A DNA stretch of 61,482 bases, filler included, from Sphacelaria rigidula (taxonomy: Eukaryota), in NCBI GenBank assembly GCA_964200075.2. It is 4 parts of 4 records of this genome, joined end to end, with 100 filler letters (N's around TTAATTAATTAA, not from the genome) between each part and the next. Parts side by side here need not be neighbours in the genome. Positions count along the whole stretch, not along the records: positions 46,192 to 61,482 come from CAXNAA020001815.1; 3 more parts are not named here. One strand, written 5' to 3'. Under the pieces are notes generated by a model. The model had not been told where the DNA came from. It saw only the letters and a list, made by a program, of their open reading frames with translations, and did no database searches. Of this stretch, positions 61,465 through 61,482 are shown in pieces (position 1 is the first letter of the stretch; each line of letters opens with the position of its first letter). The translations under genes and the position numbers were made by a program.

Positions 61465-61482
61465 AGGGGGAAAACAAAAAAA

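Overview
Eukaryotic, intron-rich, TE-rich DNA of roughly 50% GC. It is most likely a brown alga (Phaeophyceae) or related stramenopile, inferred from GT-AG gene structure, TTAGGG repeats, ciliary genes and the repeat families. The window is not one locus. It is four unlinked scaffolds of 15300, 15297, 15294 and 15291 bp, sorted by length and joined by 100-bp N/TTAATTAATTAA spacers. Scaffold 1 (1-15300): a spliced IQ-motif + Agenet/Tudor + coiled-coil gene, an intronless ARMC2-like gene and several TIR elements. Scaffold 2 (15401-30697): eight 3' exons of adrenodoxin reductase (FDXR), a convergent two-exon BBIP1 that the ORF track misses, MITEs and LINE/SINE remnants. Scaffold 3 (30798-46091): a decayed Ty3/gypsy, a telomere-repeat MITE, foldback repeats and the 5' exons of a class I SAM methyltransferase. 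Scaffold 4 (46192-61482): an RTE-like LINE 3' end and a near full-length, inactivated 10.8-kb Ty3/gypsy, plus a second copy of the telomere-repeat MITE. The best novelty candidates are in that gypsy (integrase tail with tandem chromo-like and Tudor-like modules; an in-frame gag TGA followed by a strong hairpin, possibly a readthrough signal; a decayed CCCH finger in Gag) and the TTAGGG-carrying MITE. All calls were made by eye with no database searches, and I cannot claim any of these systems is truly undescribed.
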